Of a stretch of DNA of 64,000 nt, positions 52,572 through 63,329 are shown one piece after another. Positions within the stretch are counted from its first letter, which is position 1, and each line of letters begins with the position of its first letter. This DNA comes from an uncultured Methanosarcinaceae archaeon (GTDB lineage: Archaea > Halobacteriota > Methanosarcinia > Methanosarcinales > Methanosarcinaceae), in the NCBI GenBank assembly GCA_963727895.1, contig CAVSHT010000005.1:416001-480000 (forward strand). Reading direction: 5' to 3'. The position numbers and the translations under genes were made by a program. The notes beneath the pieces were generated by a model. The model made no database searches. It saw only the letters and a program-made list of their open reading frames with translations, and was not told where the DNA came from.

Positions 52572-54057
52572 CTCTGCTTCCCGATTCAGAGGGGTCTTTT
52601 ACTACTTTCCATGGTCCTTCACATTTTTCTTCTTCAGCTTCCTCTTCAGCTTCCTCTTCAGCTTCTACTGTCTGTTCAGTAGGAGCCTCTTTCTTGGATT
52701 CAGTATCAGACTCAACCTCTGGCTCGGATTCTAAAGTCTCTTTTGGAGAAATTATTTCAATCTCTGCTTTTTCTTCTAATTGTACTGTCTCTTCAAGCTG
52801 AGATTCTTCAAGTTTTTCTTCCTGTTCAAAATGCGATTCTTCTTCAACTCCGGCCACTTCTTCAAGCTGAGTTTCTGCTTCAGGCTGAAATTCCTCTTCA
52901 TTACTCTTTTCTAGCTCAGCAAGCTCGATTTCTGCGTCTTCAGAAACGTTCTCTTCAAGTTCAGGTTCCGCATTAGGCTTGGAAACTTCTTCATAAGAAG
53001 CCCCAAGAGTAGCTTCAAATTCAGCTTCGTCTTCAAAAGCTTCTTCTTCAGTTTCGTTTTTAATCTCTGCTTCGACTACTTCTTCTATAGTTTCTTCATC
53101 TACCGCTTCGGCTTCGGCTTCTTTAACAATTTCGTTAAGCTTTTCGCATTCAGGAGCCTCTTCATTGGCGGCACAGGCTTCAACCGTTTCCTCAGAGATT
53201 GCTTCTTCAGACTCTTCAGCTTCTTCTATAACTTCATCTATAGCCGCTGCTTCGGAAGAATATTCAAGAGAAGTTTCGGTTTCTGCAACTTCATTTTCAA
53301 TTTCTGTAGTCTCTTCTTCAGTTTCTTTTTCAGGCTCTTCAACAGGTGTCTCAAACTTCTTTCTAAGGACAGATTGTTGAATTTCAAGAATTACTTTGCA
53401 ACCTTTCATTACAAGTTCGAGGCCTTTTTTAATTTCGTCCGGAGTTAGATGCCCGTCCATTTGAAGCAGGGTAATTTCTCCATCCTGAGTAATTGCAACA
53501 GGAAAATCAGCCTCACCATAATTGTCCTCGTCTTTATTGAGGTCAAGTACTATTTGCCCATCAACTTTTCCGAAAGCACAGGAAGTTACCAGACCTTTCA
53601 TTGGAATACCTGCATCGGCTAAAGCTATACTGGAGGCATTAATTGCTGCTGTCCTTGTTCCAGCGTCGGCCTGAAGCACTTCTACAAAAATATCGATTGC
53701 AGTCTTCGGGAAAAGCTCTGCCATAATTACCGGCTCAAAAGCTTCCCTGGAAACTTTTGAGATTTCAATGCTCCGTCTGCTGGGTCCGGGTCTTGCACGG
53801 TCTTCAGTGGAAAAAGAAGCCATATTATATTTGTAACGAATAACTGCAGTATCTGCGCGCTGTGAACGGCGGGGGTGAACTTCTCTAGGACCAAACACAC
53901 CTACAAGGATCTTATTCCGTCCCCATTCAAGATAACATGAACCGTCGGCTCGCGAAAGTACGCCGATTTCAATTTTCATGGGTCTAATCTCATCCACATG
54001 CCTCCCGTCAAGGCGCAACCCATCATCAGCGATTAATTTTTCGGGTTTATCACTCAT
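52555..54057 (-). CDS. rrp41: Exosome exonuclease Rrp41 with long acidic C-terminal extension
   Basis: RLDGR, ADGS, PSRRSIEIS, DAGTR, DLNKDED; about 250 extra Glu-rich residues. Confidence 0.95.
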   Translation of the reverse strand: MSDKPEKLIADDGLRLDGRHVDEIRPMKIEIGVLSRADGSCYLEWGRNKILVGVFGPREVHPRRSQRADTAVIRYKYNMASFSTEDRARPGPSRRSIEISKVSREAFEPVIMAELFPKTAIDIFVEVLQADAGTRTAAINASSIALADAGIPMKGLVTSCAFGKVDGQIVLDLNKDEDNYGEADFPVAITQDGEITLLQMDGHLTPDEIKKGLELVMKGCKVILEIQQSVLRKKFETPVEEPEKETEEETTEIENEVAETETSLEYSSEAAAIDEVIEEAEESEEAISEETVEACAANEEAPECEKLNEIVKEAEAEAVDEETIEEVVEAEIKNETEEEAFEDEAEFEATLGASYEEVSKPNAEPELEENVSEDAEIELAELEKSNEEEFQPEAETQLEEVAGVEEESHFEQEEKLEESQLEETVQLEEKAEIEIISPKETLESEPEVESDTESKKEAPTEQTVEAEEEAEEEAEEEKCEGPWKVVKDPSESGSRGENDE

Positions 54058-54129
54058 AATTAAATCTCCAAAACTCCTAAACAACTACTATAAAGAAGCT
54101 TCCCTAAAATTCCTTTAACTTTCCAGAAT

Positions 54130-54912
54130 TCAGTTCTTTGGGTCCAGCAACACATCGATCTTCCTGTATATTTCTTCAGAATGATCTTCTTTCGGCAACT
54201 TTACCTCTTTCTTTCCACTTTTAAAAAACTTAGCGGGCTTGGAATATTTCTGTTTGCTCCGCTCATTTTTCAAAAAGTTATATATTCTATCTGTCAATCC
54301 GGAACGCTGGGCTTCGGCTTCAATCTTCCGGAGAGCCTTACTCAAAAGCTCTATATCTTCATCCCTTCCATCGATCCATATTCTGCCGTTTTGGCCTACG
54401 AAAATGCTGCAGTTTGTCTCTTTTTTCAGCATTGAGATCATGGAACCACCGTGTCCGATCACACGTGGGACTTTTACAGGCTCAACTTCGACAATCTGAC
54501 CTGTTTTAAGTTTATGAAAACTTGAATCCCTTAGGGCAAGCTCTACTTTCATGGAACTGTCTACATCCTTTACTCTAAGGATTATAGAATCGCCCACGTC
54601 TAGAACTGCAGACATCTCCCGGGAATCTATTCTTTTAGGATACTCAGATACATGGAATAAACCATCGTAAGGAGAGGCAATATCCATTATCCAGTTGGAT
54701 GGCGTAACCACAATAACGATCCCAATTATCACATCGTTTACGGAAGGAACATAAACTCCCGCAAGAGGGATCACTCCAACTTTCTCCTCTTTAAGATTTT
54801 CAATACCACAAAATAAAGAATAGATCTTATCGTTCTTGACATAAGTCCCGTATCCGACTTTTTTCGAGTTTTCGGATAACAGGTCACCAGGGATCACTAC
54901 TTTTTTATCCAT
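54130..54912 (-). CDS. rrp4: Exosome RNA-binding subunit Rrp4
   Basis: VIPGD, S1 domain, KH motif VPRVIG..GSMI, GQNGRIW. Confidence 0.95.
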   Translation of the reverse strand: MDKKVVIPGDLLSENSKKVGYGTYVKNDKIYSLFCGIENLKEEKVGVIPLAGVYVPSVNDVIIGIVIVVTPSNWIMDIASPYDGLFHVSEYPKRIDSREMSAVLDVGDSIILRVKDVDSSMKVELALRDSSFHKLKTGQIVEVEPVKVPRVIGHGGSMISMLKKETNCSIFVGQNGRIWIDGRDEDIELLSKALRKIEAEAQRSGLTDRIYNFLKNERSKQKYSKPAKFFKSGKKEVKLPKEDHSEEIYRKIDVLLDPKN

Positions 54913-54923
54913 CCAACGTCCTC

Positions 54924-55617
54924 TTATAAAAGTTTAGTTTGAGCCTCTCCCTTTGTAAGATGATTTATAAGAGCGTAAAAATCAGTCTGGACTCCTGCTG
55001 GAATTCTTATTACTGCAATCCAGGAGCCATCACGCTGCCATTCTTCTTTTGTAATGCTTCCTACTTTAGAAATATCTCCGTATGCTTTGGGAGCATATGT
55101 CGGGAGGAATTCTCACAGCAATATTGACTTCTTCAAAGCGTATAGGAATAAGCGGGCGAATGGCTTTCATAGTAATATTGACCAGCTGATCCACGCTTTT
55201 TAAGGGGTCTATGTGCACCTTTGCTTCTTCCATCGCTTTTTCGATCCGTGCGGGAGGATGCGGTGCTTTTGTCTGGGGATTTATTGCGTTTCTGGAAATG
55301 GTATAGATAACTTTTTTCTTTTTTTCCTCAAGCATACGTTTTCTCTGTTCAGCAGTGAGCTGAAGCTCCCCACTTTTCAGGATCACGGCAGCAATCTTGA
55401 AGGGATCCGTTGTTTCAAAAGCATTGAGAATATCGGACTCTGCTGCTCGGTCCCCTCGGTTTGCGTCTTCGAAGATAGTTTCAACCGCCAGAATATCTTC
55501 AAGGCTTACGTCTTCTCCTCGTTTATAGGCCAGAGCTCCTTCGGGCTCGACTAGGACTTCGAAGTGTTTACTGCCTCTTTTGAGCCGTGCAGTCACTGCC
55601 TCGTCCAGGGACACCAT
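54924..55617 (-). CDS. Ribosome maturation factor SBDS/Sdo1; apparent +1 frameshift at about 55099
   Basis: [14 protein letters not shown]; the C-terminus [22 protein letters not shown] is in another frame. Confidence 0.9.
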
Positions 55618-55652
55618 TTTCAAATACCTTCTCCAACATTATATTGAGAATC

Positions 55653-55745
55653 CGAAGATTCTCTGATTACTCATTCTCAATATTATGTAGATTTTATTCG
55701 AAGATTCTCTGATTACTCATTCTCAAATATTATATAGATTTTATT
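55653..55745. repeat. About 46-bp tandem duplication between psmA and SBDS
   Basis: cgaagattctctgattactcattctcaa..tagattttatt x2. Confidence 0.85.
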
Positions 55746-56490
55746 CTTTGTTCTCAGTTTCCTTGTGTTTCGCAAGGATCTGTTGAACATAATTCTCAAC
55801 TTCTTCAGGAACTAATTTCCTGAATTTCTTATCCTTAAGTGACACAACGCCCACTTCAAGGGTAGACGCATCGAACTTGCCTTCAGCAGCTCTATAAAGC
55901 GCATCCATACCAAGAAGAATAGCTGCATCAATATTCATATCTTCTCTATATTCCGCTTCAAAAACTTCAACGACAGCATTTCTGCCTGCTCCTATAGCTG
56001 TTGCTTTGTATTCAAGAAGAGCACCGCTAGGATCAGTCTCAAAAAGCCTTGGGAGATTGTCATCAACACCTGCGATCAGAAGTGCAGTACCATATGGGCG
56101 AACCCCACCATACTGAGTATAAGTTTGCTTGTGGTCGCAGATTTTCTTGGAGATAACCTCCACACCTATGGGCTCATCATAAGAAACCCTATTGACCTGC
56201 GCTTCTACACGAGCTCTGTCAACAAGGGAGCGGGCATCTGCGACAAGCCCTGAAGTTGCAGCTCCTATGTGGTCGTCAATTTGGAAAATTTTTTCGATTG
56301 ACTCGGCTTCCACAAGTCTGCTTGTTATTCTTTTGTCAACAAGCAGCACTACCCCATCAGCTGCCTTAATTCCCACAGCTGTTGTTCCCCTCTTTACCGC
56401 TTCGCGGGCATATTCTACTTGAAAAAGTCTACCATCAGGGCTAAAAACTGTAATTGCCCTGTCATAGCCCATTTGTGGTGCCATCTGCAT
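55741..56490 (-). CDS. psmA: Proteasome subunit alpha
   Basis: [20 protein letters not shown] signature. Confidence 0.98.
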   Translation of the reverse strand: MQMAPQMGYDRAITVFSPDGRLFQVEYAREAVKRGTTAVGIKAADGVVLLVDKRITSRLVEAESIEKIFQIDDHIGAATSGLVADARSLVDRARVEAQVNRVSYDEPIGVEVISKKICDHKQTYTQYGGVRPYGTALLIAGVDDNLPRLFETDPSGALLEYKATAIGAGRNAVVEVFEAEYREDMNIDAAILLGMDALYRAAEGKFDASTLEVGVVSLKDKKFRKLVPEEVENYVQQILAKHKETENKE

Positions 56491-57136
56491 ATTCCGTATC
56501 TCCCTTAATTTTTATTTTTTTATTTCTTTCATATCCCGGCAAAAAGCCGGTTCTTTTCTAAAGGATCTCTTGCAGGCTCATCAACTAAATTGCTGCCTTG
56601 CCCAAAAAGGCTTTGGTCATTGATCATGAGCTACTGCATGGATATCCCGAAAATTCAGGAGTTTAAAGTCCCCGACCCAGTATTTAGGTAAGGAAAATGA
56701 CTTTTGATTTCCTATAACGTATTTCTTCCTTATTAGAGTTTTTTGCCTTTTGTTCAGAACTTTTAATCCTGAGAAAATTATTCGGAAGAAACCAGCAGAA
56801 ATACCTAAATCACAAAGGATTCAAAGACACTTATACCCCGTAAAGCACGTTTTCCAAGCTGGATTCATGTGCATACGGAAATTCGTTTAATATTTTAAAA
56901 GACTAAGTTCCAATTTTAACTAAGTCCTTTAATAAAGTGTATTTACTTGGTTATAATGCTTGTGAGACCAAGACTTTTCCGGTGCTTAAAACCGGATTTT
57001 GAGATATTTACAGAAAGATCTTATCTACTGTTTTGTTCTATCAGGCTTTTGATATGTTTTTCTATTATTTGACAGGATCTTAACAGTTTATAAATGTTGC
57101 CTGAATCTACTAATTTAACTTTCCCGAACATCGCCA

Positions 57137-57520
57137 TTATTCTTCAGAAGTTTGAACTTTTATCTTGGTTTCAGGTTCAAAGACCTTATGATTCTGAAGA
57201 AATTTTTCGGTTGCTCTTTTAACTGTGCCTGAAGTCCCAAGTACGTGTAAAGTTGCTCTCTTTCCATTAATCCTTGTAAGAGTTGTCAATGAAGCTCTTG
57301 TTTCTTTTACTTTCGTATGAGAACACTGGATAATACCTTTCCAGCCTTCGAAACCTAAAACCCTAATATCACATTTACTGGTAGCAACATCTCCAAGCAA
57401 GGAGGAAGTAGAGAACATGATTTCTTTGATCAGATCACTTCTGCTGACTGATGACTCCGAAATCAACTCAAAGGCTAGATAGCGCTTTTTTGCACGAAGC
57501 GAAGGTAACAAGCGTTTCAA
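57137..57520 (-). CDS. rnp2: RNase P protein Pop5/Rpp14
   Basis: LPSLR.KKRYLAF, GTSGT. Confidence 0.92.
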   Translation of the reverse strand: MKRLLPSLRAKKRYLAFELISESSVSRSDLIKEIMFSTSSLLGDVATSKCDIRVLGFEGWKGIIQCSHTKVKETRASLTTLTRINGKRATLHVLGTSGTVKRATEKFLQNHKVFEPETKIKVQTSEE

Positions 57521-58236
57521 AGATAATCACCCTCTTCAAGCACCTCGATACCTTCCCTGATATATCCGGGACCATGATGGCTCCTTGAGATAATTCTTTC
57601 GGGTACAATAGTCATGGCTTCAAGGGCTTCGTTTTCTTCAAGTCCGCAAACTTCAGCCAGAGCCAGCGTTTCCATTGGAGACCGAAGATCAAAACATGAC
57701 ATTGCACCGCTTGAAAGAATAATGGAAACATCATACTTTCTGGCAAGATCCAGGTTTGCTTTAAGATCAGATAACAGGCGAACGCGCCTTGGACCTCTTG
57801 AATAAAGAATGGGTCTTAATGTCAAACCAATTGCAACGTCATTTTCAGCTGCGGCTTTTGCAAGCACCTGATTTAACCCACTGCTCTTATCAAAAGCTGG
57901 ATGATTCAGAATATCTACTCTCTGATTTTCCAATGCAGCCCTGTTGATGGTTTCTGAACCGCCGTGTACTATCAGGACATCCACTGATTTTCTGAATTTT
58001 CCAATAAGACCATGAAGTTTTGAAGGGTTTTCTTCCACAAGCTCGATTCCGTTAAAAACCTCAAATCCATTAGTTAGGGATGATACAGGTCGTGATTGAG
58101 GAAGTTTATCAGAATGGTTTGCAATTGCTATCCCGCTATATCCTAAATGCCTGGAAAGGGTAGTAAGTTGCTCAACCGAGTTTTCTCCATCAGGAATTGC
58201 ATGAACGCAAAAATCGTAAAACTTCGGTTTACCCAA
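57517..58236 (-). CDS. rnp3: RNase P protein Rpp30
   Basis: NRAALE..VDIL.HP, LAKAAAENDVA, SSGA..DLRSP. Confidence 0.92.
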   Translation of the reverse strand: MGKPKFYDFCVHAIPDGENSVEQLTTLSRHLGYSGIAIANHSDKLPQSRPVSSLTNGFEVFNGIELVEENPSKLHGLIGKFRKSVDVLIVHGGSETINRAALENQRVDILNHPAFDKSSGLNQVLAKAAAENDVAIGLTLRPILYSRGPRRVRLLSDLKANLDLARKYDVSIILSSGAMSCFDLRSPMETLALAEVCGLEENEALEAMTIVPERIISRSHHGPGYIREGIEVLEEGDYL

Positions 58237-58672
58237 ACAATTCCTCCACTATAGCGCCAGCTTTTTCCCGGTTCTTAGGATAGGTTTCGATCTTGACTTT
58301 TGCAGTGATCGCATCCGAGGAATTAGTCAGCTTCACCTGCTGCAGATATGCAGCCTGCTTGTCAAAACGAAGATGGAAAACCTGATCAGAGTCCAACCTT
58401 TCAGGCATTTCTTTTCTTAGCTTTGCTACGTCTTTTTCTGAAAATCTGTCCCTAACAAAGCGGGCAAAATTCAGGCAATCTGCCTTTCTTTTAAGCTGCA
58501 CGCTCAGGATAGTAATGGGATTTCCATGATGCCCTTCAGCCTGAAGCTCTTCAATTAACTTATTCTCTTCTCGAACACTGGCACCGGATAAAAAAAAATC
58601 CAGAGCCTCATGGACTCTGGATACGTCTTCGGTTGCGTGGGAGAGTACACGCAGCGTTATGTGATGAATCAC
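58229..58672 (-). CDS. Exosome-cluster RNA-binding protein (COG1325/DUF54)
   Basis: [22 protein letters not shown]. Confidence 0.88.
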   Translation of the reverse strand: MIHHITLRVLSHATEDVSRVHEALDFFLSGASVREENKLIEELQAEGHHGNPITILSVQLKRKADCLNFARFVRDRFSEKDVAKLRKEMPERLDSDQVFHLRFDKQAAYLQQVKLTNSSDAITAKVKIETYPKNREKAGAIVEELFG

Positions 58673-59259
58673 TTGCCTCGACTCTTGTTTGCACGGATGC
58701 TCGGCCTGGTCTTTTCAGTACCTTTTCCGCGTGTAGTCATGCCTCTACCCTTCCTACCGACGCTTGTCTTGCCTCTTGCGGCTCTGTCCCTTACAGACGA
58801 GTCACAGACCCAGTTCAGGTTCTTATCACTCTTAATTACAGGGTGATGTGGGTCTACAAGTATAACTTCAAACCACTTGTTCTTTCCATCCTCACCTACC
58901 CAGTAGGAGTTTAGAACTTCAAGGTTCGGGTACTTGCGGTCCGCACGAGCTTCGGCAATTCTCTGAATACTCATGCCGCCTGTGATCTTATTCGTTCCCA
59001 TTCTCTGGGTTCTTCTTCCACGGTTGGGCCTTATTTTACCAAGCCCTCCACGGCGTACCTTTACCCTGGCGACAACAATTCCCTGCTTAGCTTTGTATCC
59101 AAGGGAGCGGGCTCTGTCTATTCTGGTAGGCCTTTCAACTCTGGTCACAGATCCCTGCTTTCTCCAGACCTGCATGCGCTCCCAGCGGAGTTCGTTCACG
59201 TAAGTTTTATCAGGGTTTTTCCATGCATCGCGTACGTATGTGTAATAAGATTTTACCAA
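58669..59259 (-). CDS. rpl15e: 50S ribosomal protein L15e
   Basis: [31 protein letters not shown]. Confidence 0.97.
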   Translation of the reverse strand: MVKSYYTYVRDAWKNPDKTYVNELRWERMQVWRKQGSVTRVERPTRIDRARSLGYKAKQGIVVARVKVRRGGLGKIRPNRGRRTQRMGTNKITGGMSIQRIAEARADRKYPNLEVLNSYWVGEDGKNKWFEVILVDPHHPVIKSDKNLNWVCDSSVRDRAARGKTSVGRKGRGMTTRGKGTEKTRPSIRANKSRGK

Positions 59260-59279
59260 TTAAAACACCAAGTTTCACT

Positions 59280-59345
59280 TTTGTTTCACGGTTCAGCCCT
59301 GCCCGCAGGACCACATTCCAACGGGATCTAATCCCGAAAATGAAA
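59280..59345 (-). promoter_or_regulatory. Structured 5' leader of rpl15e (candidate eL15 r-leader)
   Basis: GC-rich hairpins cgggat-tag-atcccg and cctgc-gg-gcagg immediately upstream of rpl15e. Confidence 0.55.
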
Positions 59346-59550
59346 CATGCGATAAACTGAATCATCTGATTTAAAGCTTTGCCTGTGGACAAGCAAATTA
59401 AAAGAGAAAAATCAGTACATAACGGAAAATTAGAATACGTATAAAGGAGAAAACGAAAGATGAATAAATTTTTAAGGGAATTTAGGGGACGTAACGCTAA
59501 CCTAGAGCTATTCCTCAAACGTAGAAAATAAACTATTACTCATTAAACTA

Positions 59551-60150
59551 TTACTCATATATGTATTCAATATGTACAGAAAAAATATGCTCGTTCTTTT
59601 CAAGTTCATTCTTTACTCTGATTGCATTTTCTTCTGAAATCCAGTACCTGAATCCTTCCGGATTTTCAAAAATAATTGAGTACCAGATAAACTTTTTCAC
59701 CGGGATATCATATTTATCCAGTATCGTAAGAAAATTTTCATCATGGATAGCTTGTTCAGATATCGTTAGTATGTAATTATCCCCTTTTCTGATAACATTA
59801 ACAGGAGAAGATACAATCCAATCTTTTTTCTCCTCCTTCATCTTTTTACTCAATTCACTTCTTATATTCCAATTGTCTTTGTCTAAAATTATGTAGTATT
59901 TGTCTTCTACATAATCAGGACTGTACTCTATATTATAGTTCATAGTAAAGTTGTAGCTTTCAAGAATAGCTTTAACTTCTTGTTCTGAAATGCCATCTTC
60001 AAATTTTATAAGTAAGCCGGGTACCTTTAGTTCTTTAACTGCCGTTTTCGTATCAACTGATGTTTTCGTAAACGTCCCCACAAGTACTACGAGAAATAGA
60101 AAAATAATCAAAATAGTGAGTTTCTTATTGATTTTGCTCATACCATCCAC
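59551..60150 (-). CDS. UPF0228 family protein
   Basis: MSKINK + TM, GLLIKFEDG.SE.EVKAILE, ELEKNE.I..V. Confidence 0.75.
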   Translation of the reverse strand: MDGMSKINKKLTILIIFLFLVVLVGTFTKTSVDTKTAVKELKVPGLLIKFEDGISEQEVKAILESYNFTMNYNIEYSPDYVEDKYYIILDKDNWNIRSELSKKMKEEKKDWIVSSPVNVIRKGDNYILTISEQAIHDENFLTILDKYDIPVKKFIWYSIIFENPEGFRYWISEENAIRVKNELEKNEHIFSVHIEYIYE

Positions 60151-60381
60151 CGCAAAAAGATGATAATTTTAGCTTCCCATATACATCAAGTTTCAACATT
60201 AAAAATTGTTAGAGTTATATGATTTAACTAAACCTGGAGATTACATTTTTACTTTACAAACTATTTTTAATTGGCACTATATAAAATTTCTGTAGAAAGG
60301 AGGAAATTATGTCATTTTTATGCTAACGTCATTTTATGTTATTTATAAAAAATTTAGAAATGTAAATATAAGATATTAAAC

Positions 60382-60598
60382 ATGGAAAATTCTCTAATTA
60401 AAACCCAAGTTCTATATTTTATTACGTCCCTTATTGTGTGCATAATATTAGGCTACTTCTCTCATGATTTCGTGAACGGAATCGCACTGGCATTTTTAGT
60501 GGAATTGGAATAGTAATAGGGACGGAGCTAGGAAAAAGGCGAGAGAAAAGGAAACAAAGAGAAAAAGAAAATAATACTAAAAGTAATAAGGTAAAATA
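60382..60598 (+). pseudogene. Small membrane protein, possibly frameshifted
   Basis: MENSLIKTQVLYFITSLIVCIILGYF..., then GIFSGIGIVIGTELGKRREK in another frame. Confidence 0.35.
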
Positions 60599-60702
60599 AT
60601 AAGATGCCTAAGCCATAAAAAGCCTAATAAGATTAAAAACACAAATCAACGGCTCATATGCGGTTCATATGCAAATGAATCAGTAAAATACATCAATTTG
60701 TT

Positions 60703-61194
60703 TCAGCCTGGCGTACCCAGAGAATCACCAGATGCTGGCACTTCATTTCCTTTGAATTTTACCTCTTTTCCTTTGATATTCTTTTTCTTCTTGTCTTCTA
60801 GTATCGGAAGAGCCGCCATTATTCCATCAAGTATAGCCTCGGGTCTTGGACAACATCCAGGAACATATATATCTACAGGAATAACTTGATCCACCCCACC
60901 GATTACATTATAGCAGCCATGGAAGATCCCGCCTGTAGATGCACATGCTCCAATTGCCACAACAACTTTTGGATCTGGAATTTGATTATATATGTTTTTA
61001 AGCACATTCACATTTTTGTAATTTACAGCTCCTGTAACTACCATTATATCAGCTTGCTTCGGAGTACCTATATTTATAACACCAAATCTTTCAGCATCAT
61101 AAAGAGGAGTAAGACAAGCTATTACTTCAATATCACAGCCATTACAACTGTTACAATTCACGTGTAGAATCCATGGAGATTTTGATAATGCCAT
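60703..61194 (-). CDS. echC: Group 4 [NiFe]-hydrogenase small subunit, EchC/NuoB-like, standing alone
   Basis: CNSCNGCDIE, GACASTGG, VPGCCPRPE. Confidence 0.8.
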   Translation of the reverse strand: MALSKSPWILHVNCNSCNGCDIEVIACLTPLYDAERFGVINIGTPKQADIMVVTGAVNYKNVNVLKNIYNQIPDPKVVVAIGACASTGGIFHGCYNVIGGVDQVIPVDIYVPGCCPRPEAILDGIMAALPILEDKKKKNIKGKEVKFKGNEVPASGDSLGTPG

Positions 61195-61568
61195 AAACAT
61201 TTCTCATTAATGTTGTTTCCATCTGAGAGGCACATGAAATTATTACATTTACCTAATGAATGCCACGCTATCTTTTTTCAATAGCGCTTTTGTGAGATCT
61301 GTTCAAACGATCTAATATCTAAGGTAGAATCTAATATCTAATTGAGTTTAACAAAAATTAAATACCATTAGATATTATAGCAACTTAATTTAGATAAACT
61401 TTAATATAAAAATGACTTTGAAATACTTCTGACTAAGAGAAAAAATCTAAAGACGAAAAATGAGCTTAAACGATAGATAATAAGACTAAAACCTATCAAA
61501 AAAATAGAATAATATATTACGAGATAGTGAAACTAACAAAAAAGTAAATTGAAGGTATTATGAGCACT

Positions 61569-61916
61569 TTATTTCACTAACTTAAGAGCTTCTCGGCAAG
61601 CAGCAACAGCCGGGGCTCCTGAGGTAATGAAAATAACATCCATGACTTCCATTATTTCTTCCTTGGTAACTCCGTGATTAAGAGCGCTCTTCATCTGTGC
61701 TACTGTACAGGACTCACACTGCTTAGATGCCACAACTGCAAGGGCCATAAGGATTTTTGTTTTTGCAGGTAGGGCCCCATCAGAAAGTAATTTTCCATCA
61801 CAACGTCTGTACTTTGTAAGAAACTCAGGATCAAGATCTTCAAGAGTTTCTAAGATATGGGGCTTAAATCCCATTTTATTTTCAATGTTATCTGCTACTG
61901 TTTTATGGTCTGCCAA
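61569..61916 (-). CDS. Carboxymuconolactone decarboxylase/AhpD-like protein with CxxC
   Basis: [28 protein letters not shown]. Confidence 0.85.
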   Translation of the reverse strand: MADHKTVADNIENKMGFKPHILETLEDLDPEFLTKYRRCDGKLLSDGALPAKTKILMALAVVASKQCESCTVAQMKSALNHGVTKEEIMEVMDVIFITSGAPAVAACREALKLVK

Positions 61917-62090
61917 ATTATGTCACCTACCTATTAAATAATATAAGTTATAATATAAATTAATATAAATTATTTTTTATATTTTAAAGTTAATCGTTAA
62001 GTTATGACAATAAGAATATAGAGTCACAGATGAACCTTTGATTGAGCTTGTTTCATAACAAGGATGTCAAAATTTCGAAATTGACTCATT

Positions 62091-62312
62091 TTAGACGCAG
62101 CCTAGGTCTCCAATTGTGGCATCAATACATTCACGACACATCATTCTTGGGAGATCTTTCTTTAATGTCAAATGGGGTAGTGGGTACCCTCCTTTCATAG
62201 GCAGCTCTACTTCTTTAATATGCTCCATACAGAGACTTTTTCCACAGACAATACACACTCCTACTGCCTCAGTTTCCTTGTTTTCTTCAGAACAATCATA
62301 ACATTTCAGCAT
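62091..62312 (-). CDS. DUF2180 family Cys-rich zinc-finger protein
   Basis: KCYDC..AVGVCIVCGKSLCMEH..GYP..CREC. Confidence 0.8.
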   Translation of the reverse strand: MLKCYDCSEENKETEAVGVCIVCGKSLCMEHIKEVELPMKGGYPLPHLTLKKDLPRMMCRECIDATIGDLGCV

Positions 62313-62322
62313 TTTTGACACC

Positions 62323-62553
62323 TCAGCAAACCTCATTAAATAGGCAATTTTCCTTCAAGGCTTCATGGCATGGACGGCACATAATCCTTTTAATGTGTTC
62401 AAGGTCAGGCTTCAGTTCAATTGGATAACTTCCTTCCCATACAGGAGTTTCCTCACGAATAAGATGATCTTTGCAAACTCCTCTACCACATGCAATACAA
62501 ATCCCAACAGCGTCAGTATCTTTGCCTTCTCTGGCGCATTCATAGCATTTCAT
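62323..62553 (-). CDS. DUF2180 family Cys-rich zinc-finger protein
   Basis: MKCYEC..AVGICIACGRGVCKDH..SYP..CRPC. Confidence 0.8.
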   Translation of the reverse strand: MKCYECAREGKDTDAVGICIACGRGVCKDHLIREETPVWEGSYPIELKPDLEHIKRIMCRPCHEALKENCLFNEVC

Positions 62554-62660
62554 AAGATTTCCTCCATATAAGAAAAAATGGTTTATTTATAGAAAATTTG
62601 GTTAAATATATGAACGTACTATTTATTAATTAAATTATAGGACTATTTTAGTCATTATTT

Positions 62661-62789
62661 TTAGTCATCATTAATGAGAGTCATTTCTTGGCCACAACAA
62701 ACAAGAGTCCCTCCACCTACTTCTTTTACTACAACTTCATTACCGCAGATCTCACAAAGATATCTTTCCCCTTTAGCAGAAACATCCAT
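62661..62789 (-). CDS. Desulforedoxin-like 42-aa protein, missing from the ORF track
   Basis: YLCEICGNEV...GGGTLVCCGQEM; GGTGA RBS. Confidence 0.88.
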   Translation of the reverse strand: MDVSAKGERYLCEICGNEVVVKEVGGGTLVCCGQEMTLINDD

Positions 62790-63329
62790 GAATTTTTCAC
62801 CTCAATTACCTATTTGTCAATCTAATTTGTTATTTCAAATAATATTATTACATTGGTCATCGGTTAAGGAATTTTCTTGCCTGAAAGCTATCGATTTTAC
62901 ACTAGAAGCCTGTCTTAAATCTTGGCTTATCTACATGAAATCGATACCCTGTTCCAGCTCATAATCTATTAACATATTTAACAAATGTAAAAGAAATTGA
63001 CGCAATTTGTCACGATTCCTCACTTAACCGAAGACGCATGAATTCCTTTCATATTACAGTAAATAATATTCCTAGCAGTACAATAATATTATAATTATTT
63101 TAAATTATTTCTGTGAAAAATTGCTCATCAACAAAATACTGCCTTGAATAAAATATTTTAAAGCCAAAAAATAAAATAATAGAACTAAAGTATGTCGCGT
63201 TCTGTAAAAACCCGTTTTCCTCTATTATAACATTTTATTTTAAAACTTTAATTTATAATTCTAATGCTTTTTGACATTGAATATATTGAGTTTCCATTCA
63301 AAGAAATATCGTTTCTAAAAAAGATTTTG

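Noticed and set aside
56491..57136. ncRNA or hidden gene in the long rnp2-psmA spacer
   Set aside because: Only short hairpins and no credible ORF; nothing supportable by eye.
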